A stretch of 64,000 nt of DNA, taken from assembly GCA_964016885.1 (NCBI GenBank), contig OZ024742.1:62248001-62312000 (forward strand), written 5' to 3'. The position numbers and the translations under genes were made by a program. Below the pieces are notes generated by a model. That model was not told the DNA's origin, searched no databases, and saw nothing but the letters and a program-made list of their open reading frames with translations. The stretch is from Eledone cirrhosa. Its lineage: Eukaryota. Of the stretch, positions 27,047-39,646 are shown piece by piece (the stretch's first letter is position 1; every line of letters begins with the position of its first letter).

Positions 27047-28534
27047 TAATTAATAATATTTATGTTATTTTTACGTTCAACAAACATTGCTCGTTGGCGT
27101 AATTGTTTGGCTGTGAATTGATTTAGCTCTGGATATATTTCGTCCCAGTGTAGCTTCATTCTGTTCATATAGCCAGCAGAGGGATTTTTTGCCATTTTAT
27201 AACAATCAAATAAATCATTAAGTTCGCAACTTCAAGAGAAATTTGATTTATAATTTCGGTTTCTTCTGTAGCTACAACCAATAAATTTTCTTTACCTTTG
27301 TCATTGCTTATTTTGGTAAATTGTTCTTGTTACGTGTGGCGGTAAGTTGTTGTTGTGTCCAGCCATCCTGTTTGTAGTAAATCCTTGTACAATGAATTAT
27401 GTATTTAGTCGGACATCTCTACGAATTCGAATAAAAGGTGTCTTTAGTAGATATAGTTAAAAGAATACCTAGTTATTCAACATGACTGGTAGTTCTGGCA
27501 TTACTGTCAGAGATAGTATTTTTAGCAGAAATAGTTTATGTTATTAAATCCAATTTAGCAAATAAAATATGTTATTTGTGATAATAGCATAAGAGGAATA
27601 TGTTATTTAATTGTAGTAGCAAGATATATAACGTTTTGTTATGTGTGGCAATGTTAGCTGAAAGTGATGAATGTTGTTTGTAGTAAATGTGAATGTAACG
27701 TAGAAGTTGTTATTTGGTTGTCGCCACGAAAGAAGTGAATTTTCTGTTGTAGTGATAAGACCTTGGGAAAAGGATTTTCCCATATCATATCCAAGGTGGT
27801 GGTAGTGGTAAAAGTATTATAAAACTTTATAATATTTTACATGATTTATTTACAAACGGAAATAGAATTACAAAGTTGTGTTGGCATGCCAAATTAAGAG
27901 AACAAACAAATTAGAATTACAAAGTTGTTATATGCAAATGAAGCGGTCGCTAGCCGACATGTCGCCGACCAGGCCGAAGTTGTAATATACCGTTACATTT
28001 TGCTTGGTGTGGACACGGCAAGGAAAAATGGATTTTTACGTCTTGGCGTCAAAGCAGCAACTGGTTAATAGAAGCGCAAAAATCTTTTTCGGGGGCGGAA
28101 GTTGATAATATCCATGCGCGACTTACGATTGGTCTAAACTTTAGACTCTAAAATAACCAAATAACGCATGAATAGATTATTGTTACGCACCACGGAAACA
28201 GCTCCGCTACATGTTCATTTTAAATTTAACGAGCAGTCTCCCACACCAAAATGTACGACTGATCACGTTGACTGTGTGTATGTATGTACGTACGTATGTA
28301 TGTATAAATGAAAGCGAGTAAATTTGTTGTTAGGCAGTTCAATCATGATCTTAAGGTCATGAATTCGACCCGAGGAGGTACTCTGTGCCCTTGAATTGTA
28401 CATGTGATTGGTTTGCGATTCATATATTTCCTATAATATCAATTCACTTAAATGCTTCGACAGCTTGTAAAAAAGGTTTCTTTACATCCAAGCTGTTCGC
28501 TAGAGCTGTCATATTTAGACGGAATCTGTGAACA

Positions 28535-28600
28535 GGGGCTCATTAGCTTCATGGCAAAGCACTCAGCTGTATTTCAAGGGAAGCGGAGTTCGATTCTCCG
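28535..28600 (+). mobile_element. tRNA-like SINE head / tRNA pseudogene
   Basis: A-box-like TAGCTTCATGG and T-arm cggaG-TTCGATT-Ctccg; no convincing acceptor or anticodon stems. Confidence 0.5.
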
Positions 28601-28750
28601 TAACGGTATTTAGGCGATTGGCATTTTTGTATTTTCTGTGGTTCTGTGGTGCTGCCGAAAATTAAATTGAAGTGGTAGCTTTCGCCGTATTTTTGACAAC
28701 AATAAAAATAGTCTAATGACAGGAGTTAATTTCCCTGAACGGGAAAATGG

Positions 28751-28865
<115 letters not shown>

Positions 28866-30049
28866 ATATATATATATATATATATATACATGCGGGACAC
28901 GTTCCTCACCACTCTTACCGAAATCAGTATATTGATTTCCATGTGATCCGAAACAGCTGAGTTTCGGTGGATCAGGTACTTGGCGGTCATGGGTTCGGCA
29001 TAGTGCGAATGGAGGATTTACGTTCTATTACTAAAAGTTTCCACCCAGAGTTTTGTGGCTAGTACGGGTAATCTATGGTTGGGGTGTTTAGTTGGGTAGT
29101 CTATAATAACTTTAATACTCTAGTGGATGGAGTTAGGTATTTGCTGGATGTTTTCCATGGTGTTCTCTAATTGTTGACTGTTCTACTGTGAGGACATTTT
29201 GGACATAAGTCCTTCATCAGGAGGGTGGGGTCGAGACTCTGAGAGGGAGTGAGGAGGGAGTTAGCGGGAAGTACATGAAAGGCCGGGAAAAACAGAAATG
29301 AAAATAAATATAAAACATGAAGTCAAAATAAATAGAAACAGAATGAAACGGAAAATATAAAGAAAACACAGAATTAAAAACAGCAGAATATTAAAGAGTG
29401 AGAGCGGTGTGGAAAGGCAAGCGTGTGGTGGTGCATGAAGGGGTGCGTGAGGGGGTGCGTGGAGCTGGAGAGAGATGGGGGGGGGGTATTGGAGTCCGAG
29501 TGGGGATGGCGGAAGGTAAGGTGTGTGTGTGCGCGCGCGCGCGCGCGCGCGTGTGTGTGTGTATGCGTGGATGTAAGAGTGAGAGTCTGGGAGAAAGCGA
29601 GTGTATGTGATTGTACGTTTTTAAAAACCATTGTTTGTTTTGGAGTAGAGTGTATGTCTCGATAACCAATTGGTAAATTCATTGTTGTTGGGTCGAAAAA
29701 TGGCGAGGAGGAAGTGGAACGTTATAGGGCGCGTGCAACAGGAAGCGGTCAAAATGGTCAAGTCAAATGGGTGGGAGGAGTGGGTGGCGAGGATGATGAT
29801 GTTAGGGCAATGTGTGAGAAGGAGGGTAAAAGGGGGAGCGGACAGAACAGGACTATTGAGTGAGAGGCTAATAAGAGTAGCATGTGAGTATGTATGTGTG
29901 TATGGAGTTATGTGTATGTGTGTGCAGAAGGCGTGGTGGACAAGTGAGGGGTTAAGATCGGTGTGAGTGAGTGTATATATTAGTGTGTGTGTGTGTTTAG
30001 GGCGTAAGTGCATGTATGTTTTGTGTGAGTGTTTATATATGTATATACA

Positions 30050-30890
30050 CTCGAGTGTTGAAACAAAGTCACCATATACTTTTTTACTTTAACTTATAAT
30101 TTTATTGTTGGTTATTTATTTGTTTATAAAATTTCTTTCGTTACCCATAATGTGACTTCCTCAATGATTATCTGTTTTGTGTCTCCTCTTTTTCCTGGCC
30201 TTAAACTTCTACTCCATCTTGTCTTTGGTGCTGCGTTTTTTGTGTTACGTGTCTGTGCGTTTGCACTTGCATTTCTCAGTGTGAGTATGGGTTTTTTGTG
30301 TGTGCCATGTCTATGTGTGTGTGGGTTTCTATCGTTTGCTGTTTTGCTGTTTGTGTCTTATTTTTGTTTGTGTCTTTATTCTGTCTTCAGTCATTGAGTT
30401 GCAGGTTGTAACTATCCACTCTTATTTCTGTTCGGGCTAGGACTATCTTCTATTATGTGAGTGGCCTCTGTAATTTGTCTCCTATATATAATTTGTCTCT
30501 GCTATATATGTCGTTGTCTTGTTCCTGCATCATCCCTCTGTAAATCTTATCCTATAGACTTCATTTCTAGTTTTACATTTTGTATGTGGGCTTAAATTAC
30601 AGACAATACAATTTTTCTCAGTATAGGGATTTTTCCTACTGATCCGGCATTTTATGGTATCTCCTGTTTTTTCTACTCCTTTAATTTTAAGGTTCATTTT
30701 TTTTCTAAAGCTCTTCTAAAACGATACTCTAGATCGCCTCTAAGGGTAGCATCGACGATCATGACGCTCTGGTATTTTTGGCTGTCACCCCATGAGTTGG
30801 TCTTCCCTATCTTTTTCTTAGTCCATTTTACGCTATTCCATGATTTGCTCCTGTATAGTGGGCAAATCCTATTCACACCATTCACCATAA
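30050..30890 (-). mobile_element. PLE fragment of a second family (same as 62640-63540)
   Basis: PLYRSKSW..YQSVMIVDAT..LKIKGVEKTG..NPY..CIVC..CKTRNEVYRI..YIAET, matching the ORFs at 62684-63134. Confidence 0.7.
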
Positions 30891-32549
30891 TAGTTCTAGT
30901 TGTTGAAATGGCATTATGTTCCTGTAGAATATAATATCCTCTTTCATATTATTCTTTAGCCACATAAAAAATTTGCAAGTTTACGTTTTGACAATATTTA
31001 AAATATTTCATCAGCATAATCGTGATATACTCCTTTAAAACATATCTCTGTAAAATCAATTAAAAGAAGTCGAAAAGTGGTCTTTCCATTGCTGATACTA
31101 TGTACCAGTCGCAAGTATTGGCAGTAAGTGGAATGTGAAATAAAGTAACTTGCACGAGGACACCACACATCGCCTGGTCTAGGAATCGAACTCGCAACCT
31201 CGATTGCAAATCCAATATAAATATGTTGGGTTCACAATAAAAATTCAATAATATATGCATTACATGTAAGGTATGAGGAAATAAATACGGGGGTTGATGG
31301 CATAAATTGTAGTTACACTATATAGCTGGAGCATATGTAATCGAAAAATCAAAATAGATTTCTAAAGAAGAAACATTAAACAATAAATGTTGCCATATAA
31401 TATCAATAATAATATAACAATGGTTATATTATTAGTTATTGTGACAGTCGATATGTTGTTTTATATAAATTAATCAATATTTTAATTTTAGTCCAATGTC
31501 TATAGAAACGACAGGTTTCTACTGAAACATCACGCTAGTCTTTCGTGTTTTGCTGTTTTGAACAATGTAGCTAATTTGACAGTATTGCACAGCTATGCTT
31601 GAACAAACTAATTACTTTGTCAGTGTTGTACAGACGTGTTTAATTCTTTCCAGAAGATATAAACAGTTTATGGTATGTAGTTTTGCAACATCTTCTCTTA
31701 TCTAACTCTGTTTCTCTACATTTTGATGTTTCTCTGTTTCTCTACATTTTGTGACTTTCTGTCTCTGAATGTTTTATATGTGGTTTTCTGGCTAGCGTTG
31801 TAAAATGAAGAAACGATAGATTCCCCTGTAACATTAACTAGTTAATGTTTTATGTCTCCTTAATATGAATTTGGTATTATACTGTCAGAGGATTATTAGT
31901 TCAGACTTTTAATTAAATGAGATAGAATATATGATGTAATGCAATCATATTTCTTCGAGGCCATTATGAAATGTCTGGTTAAATGGCTTATATATATATT
32001 TCCTTCACCTCTTCTCAATAAATAGTGAGTGTAAGGTACTGTTTTTATTGAATCAGTGCAAGAATGAGATGATATATTTATGGAATCCAATTATAAACAA
32101 ATACGACATACGATTATGTAGTTGATTGTAGCTTTATTATTTGTAATATTACCACAGATAAAAACAGTTTAAAATATATTTTTACAATCAAAGTTTGATA
32201 CTGGAATTGTGTTTGATCATGAAAAACGTGTATTGTGTGTGGTGCCATTCTGATGTACACTAATACATTTTCTTTTGGTTCACATTATAAATCATTTATT
32301 CATTTAGAGGAAGTTCTAATAGCTGATCAAATGGAATTCAATGTTAATCATTACAGTCAATATAAATTCACCATTATTGAACTTTCACAATATATTTCAT
32401 TTTATTAAAACGATTGCTCTCATCTTGTCTCCTTGAAAATACTGAAATATCTATGTATATGCGTACATGCATATGGGCGTGTGTGTGTATATGTGTATGT
32501 ATATATGTCAGATCGCTCCTGAGTGCTATTGAATGCTACTGAGTGCTAC

Positions 32550-34585
32550 TGAGTGCTATTGGTAACATGTAACCCAGTACACCCTGTCACATGGTCGGAT
32601 CGTCGCTAACTAAACCGGCAACCCTACCAAGCTTTCTTGGTGATGAAGGTGATTTTGTATACCCTGCAGGATGAAAAACAAAACCTGACGAAGCGCAGAT
32701 GAACTCATGAGAGTCAACGGTGGCTTTCGGCTCCTCCAAGGGTGATTGAGCAGCACTTTTATGGATAGCATTGCTGACAGTCAATCTGAAGGGATCTAGC
32801 AAAGGGGACCTAAACATTGCCGGCTTCTTTAATCCTTCTGACCTGACCAGTTTAGTGCGGCTGGCTGATGTCCACTATGTGCTCGAAACAACAAAAGGCC
32901 TAAAAGATGCAATATAAAACTAAATATATTCTGTTAGAATATGAGGACCATCATTGACAATCCCGAGGAAATCTTCACCTACACAAAGAACTGCCTTGAT
33001 ATGTAAATAACTCAAAAAATATTCTGTCGATATACATGCCGTCTCAGAGACTCGGCTTGCTGGAGGTTATACCATTTTTTGGAAAGGTAGAAAACTTGAA
33101 GATCGAAGAGAAGCAGGTTTTGGATCGCTATCCGTAAGAACATAGTCTCAGAGCTGTGTGAGTTGCCCCGTGGTATCACTTATAGAATCATGGCACTCTG
33201 TCTCCATCTAAATGAAGCTAGATATGCTACCGTCATCAGCAGCTATGAAGCTACCCCCGTGAGCACTGTGGATGATAAGAACCAGTTTTACGAACATTTC
33301 TGAAATTTACCGCGATCTATTCCCAATTCAGACAAGATTATCATTCTTGGTGACTTCAATGGCAAGGAGTTGGCAAGGATTGGCAAACATGGAGTTACCT
33401 TGGACGATTTGGTGTGGGTATGGCAGGCAACAACGGCTTACTCCTGCTCGAACTGTGCACTGAATTTATCACAAAGGTGACCGTGATGCATCCAGGGTCT
33501 AAGCAGTGGCACCTGCTGGACTACGTGATCGTCTGTAAATGTGATATGTAAGATGTTTCCAATGTTCGTTCCTCACGTGGTGAAGAGTGCTGGACAGACC
33601 ATGTCCTTGTTGGATCGAAGATGCGGTTAGTCACTAAGTCTCCTGCTCGGTCATGTAAGACAGTTAAGCTTCCCAATCGTCTTTATGCTGCTAAACTCTA
33701 CTCTCCAGATACACAAGCCATCCTGCCTGACAGTTTCAGAACAGTAACATATCTAAACTCATGAAAGGATACCAGTGATCAAATTCTGGGTGCTATAGAT
33801 AAGCAGCACATCGTCTACTCAATGGATACACCACCCTCATTGGAAGAGGTGTGTAACTTCCTTGCTAAGCTAAATCTTGGAAAAGCAGCTGGTTAAGATG
33901 GTTTCTTTGCTGAGATCTTTCAGTTCGGAAGAGACCACTTCTCTGATACCATGCATGGTGTTATTTCGGTTGTATGAATGGCTGGTGAGGAACCATGGGC
34001 ATGGTATTTGCAGCGCACTAAATCCAAGAAAATTGCGTAGAGCAGAGCCAGTGCTTTTATGAAGTCTTTGTCAATTTCACAAAGTCCTGTGATACTGTCA
34101 AAAGGGAAGAGTATTTGGTTGTTTTGGGGAAAGCTTGGCTGTCTTCAACACTTCATCAACTTGGTCAAGTCCTTCCATGATGGCATATAGGGTTCTGTCA
34201 ATGTTGGAGGCAATAAAAGTAGAGAACGATGTTAAACAGAGAGACCTGGTTGCACTGACTGTGTTTTTCATATCCTCTCTATTTTTCTAAATGATGCCTT
34301 CAAGAGCTTTAACCAAGGTGTGTATGTGCAATATCACAGTACAGGCAAGCTTATTAACATACGCCGTTTTGCCGCTAAATCATAAGACCTTCTAACTCTT
34401 GTCTGCGATCTCCTCTGAGCTGATGACTACGACATGGTCTCGTGCACTTACATAGACAGGTTTCTCCAGTCGTGTAAGATCTTTGATCTAACAATCAGTC
34501 TGGATAAAACAGTTGTCATGTTTCAGCCAGCACCAGGCACAGTCTATGTGGAACCTACCATTTACGGCAATAGGAAAATTTTGGC
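32550..34585 (+). mobile_element. Decayed RTE (BovB-like) LINE; its 5' region recurs at about 20640-20820
   Basis: ETRL, FFWKG, IILGDFN, MHPGSKQWHLLDYVI, CWTDH, GKAG and LL*ADD remnants. Confidence 0.75.
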
Positions 34586-34589
34586 GTCT

Positions 34590-34890
34590 TGATGTCCCTC
34601 GCTTGGCCTCACCTCTCGCCATCCCTGAACGGCTCATGAAAGTGTTGACCATTTCATAGGTTTCTGCAGCGTTTTTACCTCGCTTGACATAAAACGTTAT
34701 TGCATATCGAGGATAAAATTTGTCCTCAAGTTCCAACTAAATCGTGGAACCAGTCAATTGTGAGAAGAGATATATGACGTTTAGTATTTAAAGTTCTGTA
34801 ACAGCCCAAATCTTCAACCTGGAAAACGAATTTTGCATGTTTGCTTATTATAACCATAGTAAGGTTATATTAGAAGTACAGTTTCGTAGG
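34590..34890 (-). mobile_element. mariner transposase 5' fragment
   Basis: RYAITFYVKRGKNAAETYEM helix-turn-helix-type N-terminus. Confidence 0.6.
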
Positions 34891-35645
34891 TGAATTAAAA
34901 GTGCCTGAAAAGAAAAGTCTCCAAACGTATCTATAAGTGTGGGAATATATTTATTTAGAAATGTATGTATATAAGTGGGCAGCAATGTTTACCGTAATGA
35001 TTTAGCTCCTAAATTTTGAGCGCTTTATAGTATAACCGATATATATGAAAAGTTTAGCTCCTACATGTTGAGGACTTTATGGTGTAAATGATGTAAGTGG
35101 AGACACCAGCTATCAACTACACCCGGAAATTCCCGTGTGACTGATTACACATATTGGATATCCCTACTACTGGACGGACTCAAATTATGAACAAACTTTC
35201 GACCGGATAAATAAGCGGAACAAAAAGCAACGTAAAACCCCTCATTTTTCTGCAGCAACTTGCATTACTCAAAGAGGCCTAGAACCTAAAGCCCCTATCA
35301 CTTCATCCGATAACGGACGAACAGGGAATTTTATATGCACATTACATGGACAAAATTGACCAATATTCCCACTGCATTGTGAATGTCATTGAAATCACTA
35401 TTTTCGTCACTGCTACACTCATTTTCATCCAGATATACATGTATCTATATATATATATGTAGATAAATCTACCAAAATATACGGTAGTGTCCAATCCGTA
35501 TGAAGAACTCAATGTAATCCAAATATCATGAAAATAGAAGATGCATTCAAAAATCTTCAATGAAAATCATAGGAAAACAAGGTCAAGATAAATTAATAAA
35601 AACAATGAAATAAAAACAAAGAACAAGTTCCTTATATTAAAAAAA

Positions 35646-35783
35646 TTCATCATTTTACGATCGTTTCTAGGATGTATGTGTGTGTTGGTATGTATATCAT
35701 ATAGATCTATGTAAAAATATTACAAACTCTCAGAGGAAATATACATACCTTCACATATATATGCTGTCTTCAGAAATGATGAA
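35646..35783 (-). ncRNA. Hammerhead ribozyme with ~99-nt stem II region
   Basis: ttcatcattt-CTGAAGA-(99 nt)-GAAA-cgatcg-TA-aaatgatgaa; 10-bp stem I. Confidence 0.65.
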
Positions 35784-36927
35784 ATTTGTTTATTGAAAAA
35801 AACCCAACAAAGATTTAATATAAAAGGTCTGTTTGGGAACAGGTTTTGAATTGACCAATAGAAAAGTAGTTAGAGGTCAAGTTGATAGATTAGTAGTAGT
35901 AGAAATTTAATTTAGGGGTAGAGGAGTGCAGACTTATGTTTTGAATGAAAAGAATACTTTGAATGAAAAGAATACTTTGGGGATGAAAAGAGGTCAAGCC
36001 AGTGAAAGGTACACGAAAATTTGATGTTATTAAAGAATAATGTTAAAAACGAAGGAAAATAAAATTTTAGGGTAAGGGTATTAGTGAGAAATACCAATCT
36101 TATTTAAACCACAAGGAATCTAGATCTATAACATGAAATTAAATTAATTGATAGGTATACTTATAGGGATAAATTTATATTAATTCATATGAATGTGATA
36201 AATAAGAATTAGATGTTATTAAAGAGTGTTGTTAAAAACGAAGGAAAATAAAATTTTGAGATAGGGGTAGTAGTGATAAATACCAATCTTATATAAACTA
36301 CATGGAATCTAGATTCATAACAGGAAATTAAATTAATTTATAGGTATACTTTTAGGTATTAATTTTAGGAAAAGAGAGCTGTAAGAGGGAAATAAAATTA
36401 TGAAGTTCTCTGTAGTAAAGTACTAATTATAGGTTAACTAAATTAAAAAAACTAATTATAATAATATGTAAAATATAAGTGTAAGGTGTATATTAATTAG
36501 GTTTATAATATTTGAAGGTTCTTCTAATTCTATGATTGCAAGATATAATTAATTCCTGTCGCTTATTTAATAGGATATCCTTAGATTTCATTATTTCAAA
36601 AAGTTCCTGGGAGCATAATCTACACTCGTATCTGTTATTTTGATAAGGCCCTTTTGAGCACACTCCAGGTCAGGTTGTAATCGATATTCTTCTTTCTATA
36701 ATTATTAATTGTTTCAGCCAAGGATGTTGTATTAGCTAATGCGGCATTTTTAAAACTATGTTTGTGGGTATTAAATCTTACTTTAAATATAATCTTACTA
36801 AAAATATAAATATTAAAACAATGAAATTAAACAAAAAACGGTTAATTCATAGTAAAACTCATTATTTTACGATCGTTTCTGGGGGTAGTTCCCCGTATGT
36901 CCATTCTATTATTGATCTATGTAATAA

Positions 36928-37065
36928 TCATTATTTCTGAAGACGGCGGGTAGTAAAGACTTATGTATATTTTCTTACTATGATATTTTGTAATATATTT
37001 TACATAGATCAATAACAGAATGGACATACGGGGAACTACCCCCAGAAACGATCGTAAAATAATGA
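36928..37065 (+). ncRNA. Hammerhead ribozyme with ~101-nt stem II region
   Basis: tcattattt-CTGAAGA-cggcgggtagt...actaccccca-GAAA-cgatcg-TA-aaataatga. Confidence 0.7.
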
Positions 37066-37133
37066 GTTATTATCAATATTAGAAAAACTCAGATTACATT
37101 TATATATATATATATATATATATATATGAATAA

Positions 37134-37931
37134 AAATAGACAAGGGATAAAATGTCCTCTTCAGTAGTCTGCTGATTATCGTTGGCATTTCGACGCATTA
37201 AAGACTAGGCCCCTAAAATCAGTGCGAGCGATAACATTATTGAGTTATCGGGACAGTGGGAAAACAGAGGGAAGGAAACAAACACATGGTGGTATGCAAC
37301 GTAAAGAGAGGAAAATAGAAACAAGTCAATGAATCCTGTGGGCTTAAGCCCGACAAATCAAATTGACGAGGAGAAATAGACGCGTCCGAGCGGCGGGAAG
37401 ATTGAGAGAGGAAAGAAATTCAGGCAGGTCAGGCGGGAAGAAGTGAGAGGGGGGGAGAGAAGCAGAGAGAGAGAGAGAGTGAGTGACTTTTTCTGTCACT
37501 TTACTGCTATCACCTTTTCTCTCTCCTTCACCTCTTGCCATCCTCAACTCTCGCTGCTGGTCACTCACTCTCGGCTGGCCCCTTCCGCCCACTTCCACTC
37601 ACTCCCTCTCTACTTCTCCCCCCTCTCACTTCCTCCCGTCTGACCTGCTTGAATTTCTATCCTCTCTCAATCTTCTCGCCGCTCGGACGTGTCTATTTCT
37701 CCTCGTCAATTTGATTTGTCGGGCTTAAGCCCACAGGATTCATTGACTTGTCTCTATTTTCCTCTCTTTACATTGCATACCACCATGTGTTTGTTTCCTT
37801 CCCTCTGTTTTCCAACTCTCCCGATAACTTAATTGAGTTATCGTTCGCACTGATTTTAGGTATCTAGTCTTTAATGCGTCGAAATACCAACGATAATCAG
37901 CAGACTACTGAAGAGGACATTTTACCCCTTG

Positions 37932-37938
<7 letters not shown>
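37134..37938. mobile_element. Fold-back element, ~345-bp arms, inserted in (TA)n
   Basis: Arms about 37134-37482 / 37597-37938; mirrored ORFs both end LFLLVNLICRA. Confidence 0.9.
37822..37920 (+). ncRNA. Candidate rearranged (non-circularly permuted) hammerhead ribozyme, copy 1
   Basis: ggta-TC-tagtct...gtc-GAAA-tacc...agacta-CTGAAGA-g; covaries with 42224-42320. Confidence 0.6.
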
Positions 37939-38001
<63 letters not shown>

Positions 38002-38342
38002 ATCTGACTTTTTCTATTATTGATAATAACATTCGATTCGTTTGCAATTGTGCAAAGGAATAGTTTCTTCTAAATTTTTATTAATTTTTTACTGTGACCT
38101 GTTATTCCTCTCCATTTCCCTTGTTATTATTAACTCCTTCCCTTTCTTTCTTTCTCTCCCTTTCTCTCTCTCTCCTGACTTTCACTTATACTCTCTTTCT
38201 TTCTGCTCCCTTACTACCTCCGTTTTCTCTCGTCCCTACCTCTTTTCGCCTACTTCCGCCGAGGTTAGACTTCATTTTCTTCGCTCTCCCTATCTCGCCG
38301 TCAATAACGCCTCGGACATATGTTCAGCCGCTGGTTTGACTC

Positions 38343-38451
<109 letters not shown>

Positions 38452-38452
38452 T

Positions 38453-38492
<40 letters not shown>

Positions 38493-38545
38493 AAATAATA
38501 AAATAACAGGAGTCTGGACTGGTGTAATTCCTTAAAAGATTTATT

Positions 38546-38603
38546 ATACTATGATCATTTCAATGACCGGGTTCAGTATGAATCCGGTGACATAATCAGG
38601 TAT
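38546..38603 (-). ncRNA. Degenerate hammerhead motif (core CTGATTA)
   Basis: atac-CTGATTA-stem II (accggattca/tgaacccggt)-GAAA-tgatca-TA-gtat; near (TA)n. Confidence 0.45.
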
Positions 38604-38744
38604 TCTAAATATAAGAAAGGAATATAATAGACACAATCCATGGTGTTGAAAGTCAGAGACATGAAGGCGGCCGACCATTTAGCAGCTACTAGCCCGGCCA
38701 ACCGCCCTCAATTCAGATTGCATTTATATATATATATATATATG

Positions 38745-38947
38745 TAGGAAAAAGTATGACCCCGACGGCAGAGCTCAAGCCGTTTCGACGGATATTTCTG
38801 GACTCGAAATAGTCCAGAAATAGCCGTCGAAACGGCTTGAGCTCTGCCGTCGGGGTCATACTTTTTCCTATTTCCCACTCTACTACCCTAAGTATTGAGT
38901 ATTCTGGTGCGCTATGGTCCAGCTGGTTCCTTACCACAATTCCTTTG

Positions 38948-38948
<1 letters not shown>
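38745..38948 (+). mobile_element. Fold-back (60-bp arms) + tail element in (TA)n
   Basis: Palindrome 38745-38870, tail to 38948; relatives at 10340 and about 41310-41440. Confidence 0.85.
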
Positions 38949-38987
<39 letters not shown>

Positions 38988-39020
38988 TATAAATGTAATC
39001 TGAGTTTTTCTAATATTAAT

Positions 39021-39197
39021 AATTGTTTCTACTTTTGGCACAAGGCCAGCAAATACCCAGTACATTACTGGTACTTTATTTTATCGACCTCGTAAGGATG
39101 AAAGGCAAAGTTAACCTCGTCGGGATTTGAACTCGGATCGTAAAGGGACGTAACTATGCTGGAAAGCATGTCCGACCCTATACCGATACTGCCAATT
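39021..39197 (-). mobile_element. SINE copy
   Basis: Reverse complement of 998-1174. Confidence 0.85.
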
Positions 39198-39646
39198 CAC
39201 AATAATATTCGATTCGTTTGCAATTGTACAAACACGTCTCATTATTAAGCCATGTCATTAGAATGAACCCTTCATTCTTGCCCATGTGTTGGCATGATTT
39301 AATATAGAAATGGCTTCTACAAGACTAGAACTGTTTAATTCGGAGGAAAGCTGACTGTCAATGTAATATGATGGCATTTATACATTTTGTGGTGGTAGGG
39401 GAGGGTGGTGATTGGGATAGGTGGAGGATCATTGGCTGATGGATTTAAAGAAAGGGGATTCTTTGAAAAAACTATATTTAGAGAAAAATACATACTGATA
39501 CAAAGACAAAGTTATATTCACGGTAAGTACCTATAGACAAACACTTACACACTGACAGACACTCGTTATTTTCAAGGTTCATTTATTCTAGGGAAACAAA
39601 GGGTTTTCATTAAGTGGCAATACTAACATGCTCTGCTAAAGGATGG

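Larger units (their letters stand above)
35570..37101 (-). mobile_element. PLE 3' fragment (GIY-YIG C-terminus 36494-36760) with diverged pseudo-LTRs and an inverted HHR cap
   Basis: HSF..TSLA..LTWSVL..CRLCSQE..LLNKRQELIISCNH; ~184-bp internal tandem duplication; inverted repeat 36856-36924 / 37000-37068. Confidence 0.75.

Noticed and set aside
28535-28600. Functional tRNA gene
   Set aside because: Acceptor and anticodon stems do not pair; kept only as a SINE-like head
29193-29220. Additional hammerheads (also about 7720-7765, 30130-30170 and 58820-58880)
   Set aside because: Partial cores with missing GAAA, CUGA or stem I pairing; decayed remnants only
30500-30560. In-frame TGA near Cys in a PLE endonuclease (possible selenocysteine, as in some Naiads)
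   Set aside because: The sister copy at about 62925 has Thr there, the frame is otherwise decayed, and no SECIS was identified
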